Source of the DNA: Agrobacterium sp. 719_389
Lineage (GTDB): Bacteria; Bacteroidota; Bacteroidia; UBA8524
NCBI GenBank assembly: GCA_943370295.1
Contig: CALRQL020000015.1
Location: 8,515 to 72,514, forward strand
Direction of reading: 5' to 3'
Length of the DNA: 64,000 bases
Under the pieces are notes generated by a model, which saw nothing but the letters and a program-made list of their open reading frames with translations, was not told the DNA's origin and made no database searches. The translations under genes and the position numbers were made by a program. Shown here piece by piece: positions 10,012-19,597 of this stretch (position 1 is its first letter; each line of letters begins with the position of its first letter).

Positions 10012-10845
10012 TTATTGGGCTGTGGCAGGGGTTGTGGCAGCAGCAAATGCCTCTTCGTAAGTTTGGCAATAGCCCAATGCAACAAGCTCGTTGTCAATAT
10101 CAGTAAGGGCAACGGGTTTGCCGTCAGTTACCCAAATGGTATGCTCAAACTGTGCACTTAATTTTCCGTCAATCGTGCGGGCTGTCCAGCCGTCGCGCTT
10201 GTCTACTTTGCTGCGGGCCTTACCTGCATTTATCATCGGCTCCACAGTAAAAGTCATTCCTGCTTTCAACTTAGGGCCGCTATTCTTATCTCCAATATGG
10301 GTCACCTCAGGGTCTTCATGGAACTTTAAACCTACACCGTGTCCGCAAAACTCATACACAGTACTGTACCCGTGTTTGGTGGCGTGGCGGTTAATTGCAA
10401 AGCCGATGTTTCCTAAGTAATTACCAGGAGTGCATTGCTCAATACCCAACGACATTGCTTCTTTGGTTACTCGCACTAATTTTTTGGCATACTCATTCAC
10501 TTCACCCACTTCATACATTTTGCAGGTATCGCCAAAGTAGCCTTTTAAAATAGTGGTAACATCAATATTCACAATATCACCGTCGCGCAAGGCATACTGG
10601 TTGGGTACACCGTGGCATATCACATCGTTAGGGCTGATGCAACTACCGTATTTATAACCTTTGTAGCCTATGGTAGCAGGGGTAGCACCGTGGTCGCGTA
10701 CGTATTCCTCGCACTTTTTGTTTATATACTCGGTCGTGTTACCGGGTATCACAAATTGCTCAAGGTATTTAAGGGTTTGGGCAGCCAAAACACTGCTGTT
10801 CCTAATTCCCTCTATTTGTTCAAGATTTTTTAAAACAACTGCCAT
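10012..10845 (-). CDS. map: Type I methionine aminopeptidase
   Basis: HGVPN...GDIVNIDV...GYFGD...GHGVG..FHE...EPM...QFEHT metal-ligand pattern. Confidence 0.93.
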   Translation of the reverse strand: MAVVLKNLEQIEGIRNSSVLAAQTLKYLEQFVIPGNTTEYINKKCEEYVRDHGATPATIGYKGYKYGSCISPNDVICHGVPNQYALRDGDIVNIDVTTILKGYFGDTCKMYEVGEVNEYAKKLVRVTKEAMSLGIEQCTPGNYLGNIGFAINRHATKHGYSTVYEFCGHGVGLKFHEDPEVTHIGDKNSGPKLKAGMTFTVEPMINAGKARSKVDKRDGWTARTIDGKLSAQFEHTIWVTDGKPVALTDIDNELVALGYCQTYEEAFAAATTPATAQ

Positions 10846-10858
10846 TTTAATTAAGGTG

Positions 10859-10866
10859 CAAAGATA
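10859..10866 (-). promoter_or_regulatory. -7 box TATCTTTG upstream of map
   Basis: Exact TAnnTTTG 13 nt upstream of the ATG at 10845. Confidence 0.5.
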
Positions 10867-10972
10867 TCACTAAGTTTTAGGATTTGCTGAATTTGAAACT
10901 TTCAATTGCTTAGTGTTTGTTGTATTATTTGTGTTGTAGAGACCTTCATTTATCTTTTTGCTGGATTACCAA

Positions 10973-12049
10973 TTATTCAATCAGCTTGAATCCAACCGTT
11001 TTTACCCGTTTGGTAGGTATTCCGTCAACGTCCTCTTCCAAAATCATGGCTTGAGCTGCCAGTGTGCTAAACACCTGCTGCATATTTTGTATGGCTCCGG
11101 CGGGTACTTTAGCTGCTTGTAATTGCTGCAAAAGGTGCTCTCCGTTCAGCTTGGCTGATAGTTCGTTTAGTAGTAAAACCAACTTCGGACGGTTGGTCAC
11201 ACGGGCAGGGTTAGTTGCAAAACGCTCGTCAGCGGCAAGGTTAGCATCGCCTAATAATTCGCACAAATGTGCAAACTGTTGGTTGTTACCAACTGCTAAT
11301 ACTATTTGGTATCCATCGGCACAGTTTAAAATATCACCGTAGGGGCAAATATTGTAATGGGCATTGCCAATACGGTGTGCCACTTGGCCCGCCATTAGCC
11401 AGTTGGTGGCCATGTTGCTAAGCATGGCAAGGCCACTATCGTACAATGTAGTGCTAACATGGCAGCCATTACCTGTTTTTTCGCGTTGCCACAAGGCCAG
11501 TAATATCCCTTGTTTCAGTTGGTGTGCGGCCAATAAATCAATCATGGCAAAAGGCATTTTTACGGGGCCGCTATCGGGCGTACCGTTCATGCTCATGTAG
11601 CCTACTTCGGCTTGCAACACTACATCAAATGCCGCACGGGGGTCATTATTGCCGTAACCCGTCAACTCTGCATAAATAAGTTTCGGGTTAATGGCTTTAA
11701 ATGTATCGTAATCCATACTCAGCTTTTGGGCATCGCCGGGTTTATAATTGGCTACTAAAATATCAGCTGACTTTGCCAATTCATACACTTGCTGTTTTCC
11801 TTCGGGACTTTTTAAGTCAAGAAACAAATGTTGTTTCCCCCAGTTTACCGCGCAGAAGTATGCTGATAAAGGACTGTCAATGCTTTCGGTGGGTAATTTC
11901 CAACTGCGGGTTACATCGCCGCCTGTGGCCGGATTTTCAATCTTTATCACTTCCGCACCCAGTTCAGCCAAAAACATCCCCACAGCGGGGCCTGCCAATA
12001 CTGAAGACAGCTCAATAACTTTTATATCTTGCAGGGGCTTATCAAGCAT
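10973..12049 (-). CDS. CoA-transferase family III (CaiB/BaiF) protein
   Basis: MLDKPLQDIKVIELSSVLAGPAVGMFLAELGAEVIKIE N-terminus is typical of the family. The ATG at 12049 was chosen. Confidence 0.85.
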   Translation of the reverse strand: MLDKPLQDIKVIELSSVLAGPAVGMFLAELGAEVIKIENPATGGDVTRSWKLPTESIDSPLSAYFCAVNWGKQHLFLDLKSPEGKQQVYELAKSADILVANYKPGDAQKLSMDYDTFKAINPKLIYAELTGYGNNDPRAAFDVVLQAEVGYMSMNGTPDSGPVKMPFAMIDLLAAHQLKQGILLALWQREKTGNGCHVSTTLYDSGLAMLSNMATNWLMAGQVAHRIGNAHYNICPYGDILNCADGYQIVLAVGNNQQFAHLCELLGDANLAADERFATNPARVTNRPKLVLLLNELSAKLNGEHLLQQLQAAKVPAGAIQNMQQVFSTLAAQAMILEEDVDGIPTKRVKTVGFKLIE

Positions 12050-12386
12050 TGGTTGCAGAGTAATAGAACGAAAGCAACTTGTAAATGTACAAGAACACAA
12101 AAACGGCGTTAGCAATTAAAATACCTATAACCTTTGAGCGGGTATATTTAATCTCGGGTCTGTACTCAGTTTTGGTAGGGAACATCATCACGATAAAACC
12201 CAACAATGTACCTGCTATGAATGCACCAAAAAAGGGAAACAGTATATATCCCACTTGGTAAAGTGTACTGTGCTCGGGCTTTTGCACGTAGGTGTGCACC
12301 GCAGTGAACATATTGAAGGCAAACAGTGCCAACGAAATGTAGATGTATTTTTTCGCGATGCCGAAATCTATTGCAGTTTTTTTCAT
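12042..12386 (-). CDS. Small hypothetical membrane protein
   Basis: Three hydrophobic segments. The stop overlaps the downstream CoA-transferase start by 8 nt. The ATG at 12386 is preferred because a -7 box lies at 12393-12400. Confidence 0.6.
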   Translation of the reverse strand: MKKTAIDFGIAKKYIYISLALFAFNMFTAVHTYVQKPEHSTLYQVGYILFPFFGAFIAGTLLGFIVMMFPTKTEYRPEIKYTRSKVIGILIANAVFVFLYIYKLLSFYYSATNA

Positions 12387-12392
12387 GGGCTG

Positions 12393-12400
12393 CAAAGGTA
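12393..12400 (-). promoter_or_regulatory. -7 box TACCTTTG upstream of the small membrane protein gene
   Basis: Exact TAnnTTTG 6 nt upstream of the ATG at 12386. Confidence 0.45.
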
Positions 12401-12427
12401 ATGAACAAAGTTTTTTTAGAGGGCTAT

Positions 12428-14515
12428 TTAGCGGATAAGTTTAACTACGCCGTTTTTGGTATAGGTACGTAATATTTTATCAAAGTACCCTTGGTAGCGC
12501 AACCTCCACAAATAAGTATCGGTAGGCAAAAAGGCATTTTTATAAGTGCCGTCCCAGCCTTTTTTAGGGTCGTTGCTTTCAAAAACCTTTTCGCCCCATC
12601 GGTTATATATTTCAATACCAAAATTAAAAACTTCGCTAAACACAGGGGCAAAAGTGTCGTTCAGCAAATCATTATTAGGGCTAAAGGCCTCGGGCATTAA
12701 TAGCCAGTTATCGCACAATGTAAAAATCTCTACCGAGTCTTGTGCCTCACATCCACTGGTGTTGGTTACATACACCCTATACCAACCTGTTTTTGTGGCG
12801 GTATGGGTTGCGTTGGTGGTTAAACCCGGTTCCCATAAATACGTTGCAAAGCCACTTGCTGCATTTAGGTTCAACGTTTCCCCCTCTTCTTCACACAAAA
12901 AATAAGTACTGTCAAAAAAATCTACTTCTAATTTGGGGTAATAATTAATAGCTATAGTGTCACTTTCAGCGCATTTGGGGCCTATACTTATTCTTAGGGA
13001 ATATGTCCCCGCAGTATCTACCAACAACATCGTGTCTTTGCTGCCGTTGCTCCACGTATAGTCAAAATTGCCTTTAGGGCCTTGCAGGGTTATTGAGTTT
13101 TCAAAGCAAAGCGTGGTATCGGTACCTAAGTTTACTTTTGGCGGGGTTATAATCGTTACTTCTTTAAAAATACTGTATTTGAGTCCGCATAAGAACCAAC
13201 TTAACGATACGTTGTAGGAGCCTGTATCGGTAAAGGTGTGCGAAGGAATATCTTTGGTTGAGGTGTTGTTTGCACTTGCAGGGTCGGCAAAATCCCACAA
13301 TAGCGAATCTAAAAATGGCATGTTCGACGGTGTAAACACTGTAGTATCTTTGTAACAGGTGTTTTTTACATCAATTTTAGTGGTAATTACTGTATTTCCC
13401 GGTGTTGAAACATCGTACATAATTATGGGAAATCTCACTGCTGTTTTACCATTACTTAACGTAATGTTATTTGTCATATAGGCAGCCGCCAGCGAAAACA
13501 AATCAGGTTTTTCAATCACATCTATACTCCCGCTTGGGTTGCCCGCTACGTTTTTTGTAATGTATATCTTACCGTCAGGTCCGAGTTTAATGTCGTTGTA
13601 GGCTTGGGCACTGTTTGCTATCTCTTGGCTCGACTGGAAATCGGTGCCGCTGTATTGTACTACCCGCCCTTGGCTTTGACCAAAAATTGCATACATCTGC
13701 AAATTAGAAGGGGAGAAGGCTATACTTTTAGCGTTGTTCCATCCTGCACCAATGGGTAGGTTTCTGGGCGTTCCAACTGTTCCGCAGGTTTTGCTGAAAC
13801 TATATTGGTTGATGGCAGCCGTTGTGGGTGAGTTAAATGAAATAAAAATTTTATCTCCCGAACGATTGGTAACCAAATCGCCTAACGTAGTTATACCGTT
13901 ATGAAAACCCATAATCGACCTCACAGGGGCTTGTATTCCCGCATTTGTAATCGGATAACACTCAAAAGTATCGTTTCCGTTACTGCCTCTAAATGTTATC
14001 AGCCAATAACTGTCGGTAGTTCCGTGTCTTGCTATGGCAAATTTGTTAGCAATGGCGGGTGCCAATAAATTATCAGTAGAAATTACCTTACCCAATCCGC
14101 CGTTTTCAGTCATATCAATCAAGGCGTATCGAAGCTGGCCATTATTATACATGAATACATAGTGCTGGCCTGCCTTTACAGGACTGGGACAAGAAGTAAC
14201 GTGGCCGCAAACGGGGCTTGACAGTATGCTTGAACCGTTATCCATTACTGTATTGTTACGATTCCATACAGTAATACCATCGGTATAAAAAAGCAGCTGT
14301 CCGGTAGCCGCATCTGAGATTGTTGTACTAACAATGCTGGTAATTTGAGAAGCGTTTGCTACTTCAACTGGTGCTGTGCCCGCATTAAAGTTAAATGCTG
14401 TATTGGCACCAAAATACCAGTTTTCATAATGCCGTTGTGCCTGTGCTGTTGTTGCCCCAAGGCATAACCAACACATAAATAATATAGCACAAAGGCGGTT
14501 GTAATTCATACGCAA
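12428..14515 (-). CDS. Large secreted protein with T9SS type-B (gliding-motility-associated) C-terminal domain
   Basis: Signal peptide, then the C-terminal FSPNNDLLNDTF...YNRWGEKVFES...GWDGTYKN...TDTYLWRL pattern of the type-B sorting domain. Confidence 0.85.
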   Translation of the reverse strand: MRMNYNRLCAILFMCWLCLGATTAQAQRHYENWYFGANTAFNFNAGTAPVEVANASQITSIVSTTISDAATGQLLFYTDGITVWNRNNTVMDNGSSILSSPVCGHVTSCPSPVKAGQHYVFMYNNGQLRYALIDMTENGGLGKVISTDNLLAPAIANKFAIARHGTTDSYWLITFRGSNGNDTFECYPITNAGIQAPVRSIMGFHNGITTLGDLVTNRSGDKIFISFNSPTTAAINQYSFSKTCGTVGTPRNLPIGAGWNNAKSIAFSPSNLQMYAIFGQSQGRVVQYSGTDFQSSQEIANSAQAYNDIKLGPDGKIYITKNVAGNPSGSIDVIEKPDLFSLAAAYMTNNITLSNGKTAVRFPIIMYDVSTPGNTVITTKIDVKNTCYKDTTVFTPSNMPFLDSLLWDFADPASANNTSTKDIPSHTFTDTGSYNVSLSWFLCGLKYSIFKEVTIITPPKVNLGTDTTLCFENSITLQGPKGNFDYTWSNGSKDTMLLVDTAGTYSLRISIGPKCAESDTIAINYYPKLEVDFFDSTYFLCEEEGETLNLNAASGFATYLWEPGLTTNATHTATKTGWYRVYVTNTSGCEAQDSVEIFTLCDNWLLMPEAFSPNNDLLNDTFAPVFSEVFNFGIEIYNRWGEKVFESNDPKKGWDGTYKNAFLPTDTYLWRLRYQGYFDKILRTYTKNGVVKLIR

Positions 14516-14616
14516 TAATAATGACGCAAAACATACATACTCTGTTGTGCTTGTATATTTTTTATAACAAACATATCCTGTGGCCTGATTTTTGGCTATG
14601 TTGCCCGCAAAACCAT

Positions 14617-14624
14617 TAAATTTG
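14617..14624 (+). promoter_or_regulatory. -7 box TAAATTTG upstream of the DUF5683-like gene
   Basis: Exact TAnnTTTG 4 nt before the GTG at 14629. Confidence 0.35.
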
Positions 14625-14628
14625 CCCC

Positions 14629-15240
14629 GTGATTAGGTATATACTCACTTTATTGCTGTTAGTTATTGCAGGCCCTGCGCTGTTTGCCCAAACCGATACT
14701 GTGGCAACCATTGATACGGGTATTGTAGTAAACCAAGCTTTACCGGTAGCTAAAAAGAGTATTGTAGAAGTAGATACCCCGCCTGCACATTCACCTAAAA
14801 AGGCCATGATATACTCGGCTCTTTTGCCCGGTGCCGGACAGATTTATAATAAGAAATACTGGAAAGCACCCGTTGTGTGGGCAGGTTTTGCAGTGTTTGG
14901 CTACTTTATCAATCAAAACAACCGAGAGTACAAGCGGTTTAGAAAAGCATATAATTACAGTGTTGATACGCTTACATCAACGGTTTCTGAGTTTCCTAAC
15001 GCCGACCCGGCATTGTTGGCCAACGAGAGGGACATTTACCGCAAGTGGCGCGATTTATCAATTATACTTACGGTTGGCTGGTATGCTTTAAATATTATTG
15101 ATGCCAATGTAGATGCTCACTTGTTTGAGTTTAATGTGAACGATGTTGCTACTTTGCGCTGGGAGCCCACTTTCAATATGGCTTATCAACAGCCTAATGC
15201 CCCTTTTAGCGGAGGTGTAAGGTTAAGTTTAGGGTTTTAG
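14629..15240 (+). CDS. DUF5683-like protein
   Basis: Signal-like N-terminus and SALLPGAGQIYNKKYWKAPVVW motif. The DUF assignment is from memory. GTG start. Confidence 0.7.
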   Translation: MIRYILTLLLLVIAGPALFAQTDTVATIDTGIVVNQALPVAKKSIVEVDTPPAHSPKKAMIYSALLPGAGQIYNKKYWKAPVVWAGFAVFGYFINQNNREYKRFRKAYNYSVDTLTSTVSEFPNADPALLANERDIYRKWRDLSIILTVGWYALNIIDANVDAHLFEFNVNDVATLRWEPTFNMAYQQPNAPFSGGVRLSLGF

Positions 15241-15257
15241 TTCAAGCAAATTTTACG

Positions 15258-15722
15258 ATGGAAATAGTTTCTTACGAACCTCACTATGCTGCGCATTTTG
15301 AGCAGTTGAACAAAGCATGGCTTGAAAAATACTTTTATGTAGAACCTATTGATGAATATGTATTGGCTAACCCTCAAGAGGCCATTCTTGACCACGGCGG
15401 AAAGATTTTGTTTGCTAAACACGAAGGGCAAATTATCGGCACTATAGCCATGAAATGGCAGAGCGAAGGGGTTATTGAACTTACCAAAATGGGAGTTGAT
15501 GAAGCTTTTCAAGGATTAGGTGCCGGCAAACGCTTGTTTGAAACCGCACTCACCACGGCCAAACAAATAGGCGCTCTTCGTATTATCTTATATTCAAATA
15601 CTATACTGGCACCTGCCTTATCCATTTATCGTAAATACGGTTTTGTAGAAGTTCCGTTAGAGAAGGGCTTATACAAAAGGTCGGATATTAAAATGGAGCT
15701 ACCGGTTACAAGCCACATATAG
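15258..15722 (+). CDS. GNAT family N-acetyltransferase
   Basis: Acetyl-CoA binding motif FQGLGAGKRLFETAL and a C-terminal YRKYGF. Confidence 0.85.
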   Translation: MEIVSYEPHYAAHFEQLNKAWLEKYFYVEPIDEYVLANPQEAILDHGGKILFAKHEGQIIGTIAMKWQSEGVIELTKMGVDEAFQGLGAGKRLFETALTTAKQIGALRIILYSNTILAPALSIYRKYGFVEVPLEKGLYKRSDIKMELPVTSHI

Positions 15723-16024
15723 ATTTTTCATTTTAATCACCCCCCTCGATTCTTAGTAAACTATCAGTTTCTTTAGCCTTCGTATTGGCAAACAGACAGT
15801 TATTATTCGATATGTTATTTCACGTCTTTAAAATGTATATTAAAACATACAATAAAAAGCCAAATAACGGGTTTTATCACCCTTTACTGAATGGGTGGTT
15901 TCATAGTACCTTGCATATGTGTTCATAATTCATAGAGTTAAAACATCGCTTTTATAAAGCATTAATACTCTGATGATATGGAGTGTAGCCCTGCAATTGC
16001 ACACACACGTTAAAGGGCGTTGGC

Positions 16025-16495
16025 TTATTGTATATGTTTACGGTTGATGAAGGTAATCTCATTAGCTTCATAATCGTACAAAGGCTTCTCGCCTAGTTTT
16101 TCAAGAACTTCCTTTTGCATAAAGTACTCTTTGCGTATGTCGGTTAAAGTTTTTGGCGATTTTGCTATGCCAATAAATTCTTTTCCGTCAGTTGATGTTG
16201 CAATGGTATAACTGCCATTTTCACTATCAATATGCCAAAGTGAGACTTGAGTATGTTTTGTATTTTTAAGGGAATCAATCAGTGATGCATAATCGCCGCC
16301 GGTGCCCCTCAATACATTAAGGTTAAAAATTTCTATTACGGTTTTTATCGATGGGTAAGCTGCATTTGGTTGTGGTGCCGTAAAAGCAATTTCATTCTCA
16401 GTATCGGCATAGCAAAGCTTTGCCAACTCGTTAGATGCTGAAAACGAAATTAATAACGAAAGCAGCCCATCAAAGCGTTTTTGTATATCGCTCAT
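16025..16495 (-). CDS. Hypothetical protein
   Basis: 156-aa ORF with a -7 box upstream. No recognisable domain. Confidence 0.55.
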   Translation of the reverse strand: MSDIQKRFDGLLSLLISFSASNELAKLCYADTENEIAFTAPQPNAAYPSIKTVIEIFNLNVLRGTGGDYASLIDSLKNTKHTQVSLWHIDSENGSYTIATSTDGKEFIGIAKSPKTLTDIRKEYFMQKEVLEKLGEKPLYDYEANEITFINRKHIQ

Positions 16496-16526
16496 GGGTT
16501 TTTTAGTAGTTAAGTAGTTAAGTCTC

Positions 16527-16534
16527 CAAATATA
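16527..16534 (-). promoter_or_regulatory. -7 box TATATTTG upstream of the 16025-16495 gene
   Basis: Exact TAnnTTTG 31 nt upstream of the ATG at 16495. Confidence 0.4.
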
Positions 16535-16643
16535 GCATAATATTGAATTAACAATAAAATCCTTTCGACGAATGTCTTTGTTTTTGCTATTGTAATTTTT
16601 CTATAAATTCGTTGTTACTATTACCTTAAAATTAAAAACTAAT

Positions 16644-17114
16644 ATGTATAAGCGTACCAAATTGTTAGTTGCGTTTGCAGCCTTGATAATGGCTTTGTGT
16701 CACACAGCAAGCGCTCAACGTTCAAACTACACTGAAGACGATATTATCATCATGCGCAGCCAAGAGGATGTATGTCGCAATATTATGATGTTGCTCGAAG
16801 AAAAGAATGTTGATAGTGCGCTGTATTATTTTCATAAAAAAGACAAGGCTATTAAGAAAAAGTTAACAGATATATCTACTGCAATACAGCAATACAAAGG
16901 TAAGTTTACGTTTGAAATTTCGCCCGATGCGGTGAGCGAGCAAGAGAACCATTACTACTGCAAATACACTACTGATGAAGGAGTTACTGTGAAATACCGG
17001 GTGGATTTTGCTTTCGGTAGGTTTGATAAAGATTACAAAGTTGACAGGATTGTTGAATCGAAGCCTAAAACGCCTGCGCCTAAAACAAAGAATAAGAATA
17101 AAAATAAAAAATAG
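16644..17114 (+). CDS. Hypothetical secreted protein with Lys-rich tail
   Basis: Signal peptide LVAFAALIMALCHTASAQ. The C-terminus is KPKTPAPKTKNKNKNKK. Confidence 0.6.
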   Translation: MYKRTKLLVAFAALIMALCHTASAQRSNYTEDDIIIMRSQEDVCRNIMMLLEEKNVDSALYYFHKKDKAIKKKLTDISTAIQQYKGKFTFEISPDAVSEQENHYYCKYTTDEGVTVKYRVDFAFGRFDKDYKVDRIVESKPKTPAPKTKNKNKNKK

Positions 17115-17116
17115 CG

Positions 17117-17374
17117 TTGCCTGCTGTTACTGAGTTTGAGTTTAAAAAGATGCCTCTTGAGCAACGTTACAAGGCCTTGGAACAAGAAGGACTTTTTATT
17201 GAGCGCCGCATATACAGGGGCATGGAAGTGTTTTTGTACAAAATGGACCACTTTTACGTTGAAGCTTGGAAAAGATATATGCTGAGTGAAGTATGCTGGA
17301 TTGAGGTAGTACCTGAAAAATCGCTTGAAAAGTATGCGGATTCAGTGAATTTAAAAAAGCTATTGGGAAACTGA
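17117..17374 (+). CDS. Small hypothetical protein
   Basis: 85-aa ORF starting 3 nt after the previous stop. It resembles small conserved Bacteroidota proteins but I cannot name a family. Confidence 0.5.
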   Translation: MPAVTEFEFKKMPLEQRYKALEQEGLFIERRIYRGMEVFLYKMDHFYVEAWKRYMLSEVCWIEVVPEKSLEKYADSVNLKKLLGN

Positions 17375-18568
17375 TTCTTCAGCCAATACCTCACTGATAG
17401 CTTCAAGTATTACTTTGCAAACTTCCTTAATCTCATCATCGGTAATAATTAAGGGGGGGGCAATTCGCATCTTATGGCCACAGTGTAAAAACCAATCGGT
17501 AATTACTCCCTTGCTTATACATTTAGAAATCACAGCTTTATTAAATGGTTCGTCTCCTAAATCCAAGCCAAGCATCAGCCCGGTTCCGCTGATTGATTTA
17601 ATGGCTTGATGCTGCAACAGTTGCTTAAACAGCAAGCTTTTTTGTGTTACTAAGGGTATCAAACCGGTATTGTTTAAAAAATCAATGCCGGCCAAAGCAG
17701 CAGCACAACATACCGGATGTCCTCCAAACGTTGTAATGTGGCCCAACACAGGGTTTTGTGCAAGGTTGTCCATTAATGTGCGGTTGGCAATAAAAGCGCC
17801 CAATGGCATACCTGCACCCAATGCCTTAGCTAATACCAAAATATCGGGCTCAATACCAAAATGCTCAAACGCAAACCACTTACCGCTTCGGCCCATACCG
17901 CATTGTATTTCATCCAATATCAGCAAGGTGCCTGTTTGGTCGCACTTCTTGCGCAGTTGCAAAAGAAACTCTTGAGTAGGGGCAATGTAACCCGCTTCAC
18001 CTTGTATGGTTTCTAATACCACACAGGCCGTATTGTGGGTAATAACCTCTAAAGATTGAATGTTGTTGTACTCAATAAAACCAATGTTTGGCAATAGAGG
18101 ACGGTAAGCAGCTGTATAATACTCGTTATCCATAAGGCTTAACGCACCTTGCGTAGAGCCATGGTAGGCGTTTTTTGCTGCTACAATATGATGGCGTCCG
18201 GTGGCACGTTTAGCCAATTTTACAGCTCCTTCGATAGCTTCGGAACCTGAGTTTACAAAATATACCGAGTTGAGTGATTGCGGTAAAAGGCTGCACAAAC
18301 GTTCGGCCAGCAATACTTGTGGCTTTTGCACATATTCACCATACACCATCAAGTGCAGGTGTTTTTCGGTTTGGGTAGTTATAGCTTTTACAATGTGAGG
18401 GTTACCATGCCCGCAGTTGCTTACCCCAATGCCAGAGATAAGGTCGGCATAACGTTTACCGTCAGTGCCGTACAAGTAAATACCTTCAGCCCTTTCAATA
18501 TCCAATAGCATCGGTGCATCAGAGGTGGGGGCAAGGTGTTGTAAAAAAAGCTGGCGTAGGGTATGCAT
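17360..18568 (-). CDS. Class-III pyridoxal-phosphate aminotransferase (acetylornithine/ornithine aminotransferase-like)
   Basis: NSGSEAIEGAVKLA, LILDEIQCGMGRSGK and LAKALGAGMPLGA motifs. The ATG at 18568 is supported by a -7 box. Confidence 0.85.
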   Translation of the reverse strand: MHTLRQLFLQHLAPTSDAPMLLDIERAEGIYLYGTDGKRYADLISGIGVSNCGHGNPHIVKAITTQTEKHLHLMVYGEYVQKPQVLLAERLCSLLPQSLNSVYFVNSGSEAIEGAVKLAKRATGRHHIVAAKNAYHGSTQGALSLMDNEYYTAAYRPLLPNIGFIEYNNIQSLEVITHNTACVVLETIQGEAGYIAPTQEFLLQLRKKCDQTGTLLILDEIQCGMGRSGKWFAFEHFGIEPDILVLAKALGAGMPLGAFIANRTLMDNLAQNPVLGHITTFGGHPVCCAAALAGIDFLNNTGLIPLVTQKSLLFKQLLQHQAIKSISGTGLMLGLDLGDEPFNKAVISKCISKGVITDWFLHCGHKMRIAPPLIITDDEIKEVCKVILEAISEVLAEESVSQ

Positions 18569-18572
18569 GGTG

Positions 18573-18580
18573 CAAAAATA
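18573..18580 (-). promoter_or_regulatory. -7 box TATTTTTG upstream of the aminotransferase gene
   Basis: Exact TAnnTTTG 4 nt upstream of the ATG at 18568 (leaderless-type arrangement). Confidence 0.45.
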
Positions 18581-18646
18581 AAAAGTCCCGCTCACAACCG
18601 TGGCAGGACTTTTTTAGTTTTTAACTCTCTCTTTAGAGCGAAATGA

Positions 18647-18919
18647 TTACTTCACTTTAGCTGAAAGCTCAGAACCGGGTTTAAATTTCACTACTTTTTT
18701 AGCTGAAATTTTGATTTCTTTTCCGGTTTGAGGGTTGCGGCCTGTACGGGCAGCACGTTTAGCTACTGAAAAAGTACCAAAGCCTACAAGGATAACTTTG
18801 TCACCTTTTTTCAAAGCTGCAGAAGAAGCATCCAAAAATGAATTCAAAGCAGCTTGGGCTTGAACTTTAGTAATTTTCGCATCGCTAGCGATTGAGTTGA
18901 TCAAATCTGATTTGTTCAT
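18647..18919 (-). CDS. hup: HU family DNA-binding protein
   Basis: MNKSDLINSIA...GFGTFSVAKRAARTGRNPQTGKEIKI is the classic HU arm motif. 90 aa. Confidence 0.93.
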   Translation of the reverse strand: MNKSDLINSIASDAKITKVQAQAALNSFLDASSAALKKGDKVILVGFGTFSVAKRAARTGRNPQTGKEIKISAKKVVKFKPGSELSAKVK

Positions 18920-19096
18920 AGGTCGAAAGGTTAATGGTTACTTAATTTTCAAAAGGTTAATCAAACTTACTACAAATTTTGATAGATGCAATACCTAACG
19001 CAAAAAAAATTCGGCGCAAACGCTTGTTAGTGCTCGATTTTTTAAAAAAGTACAGTAAAATATACAGGTTTCACGCGGGTTTGACACTTATTCACA

Positions 19097-19597
19097 TTAA
19101 AAGATAATAGTGTTGATAACGGTTTTGGGTGATATAACGGGCCCTTGAAATACAAATTTGGCCTGTTCGTAGTACACTTTTCGTTCGTTCAATAAATTGC
19201 TGATATGTTTCTCCAAAGCCTTGCCTTTTTTCTGTTTTAATATAGGCCTGTGCTGAGTTTGCGGACTAAGTCTTGCATAAAGCTCTTCAATGTCTTGCTT
19301 TAAATAGATAGTTGTACCGTGTTGGTTCATCCATTCCATGGTATCTTTATAACACGGCAGTCCGCCGCCTGTAGCAATCACTACATTATCAACCGTTGCT
19401 ACGCTTTCAAGTATATTTCTTTCCTCACGCCTGAAACTGCTTTCGCGGTGCTCAGCAAAGTATTCGGCAATGGTTTGTTTAAAACGCAACTCAAATACTT
19501 GGTCGGTATCAATAAAAGTGTAGCCGAGCTCTTTTGCCAATTGGTGGCCCAAAGGGGTTTTGCCTGCCCCCATAAAGCCAATTAAGAATAGTACCAT
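19097..19597 (-). CDS. aroK: Shikimate kinase
   Basis: LIGFMGAGKTPLG P-loop, FIDTD and ATGGG motifs. 166 aa. Confidence 0.9.
   Translation of the reverse strand: MVLFLIGFMGAGKTPLGHQLAKELGYTFIDTDQVFELRFKQTIAEYFAEHRESSFRREERNILESVATVDNVVIATGGGLPCYKDTMEWMNQHGTTIYLKQDIEELYARLSPQTQHRPILKQKKGKALEKHISNLLNERKVYYEQAKFVFQGPVISPKTVINTIIF

Noticed and set aside
12166-12408. 80-aa minus-strand ORF overlapping the small membrane protein gene
   Set aside because: It is an alternative frame of the same region with no hydrophobic or motif support. The membrane-protein frame has TM segments and a -7 box.
18585-18625. Hairpin downstream of the HU gene as a terminator
   Set aside because: Only about 5 bp pair cleanly (agtcc/ggact) and the loop is long. 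This is too weak to call, although a T-run is present.
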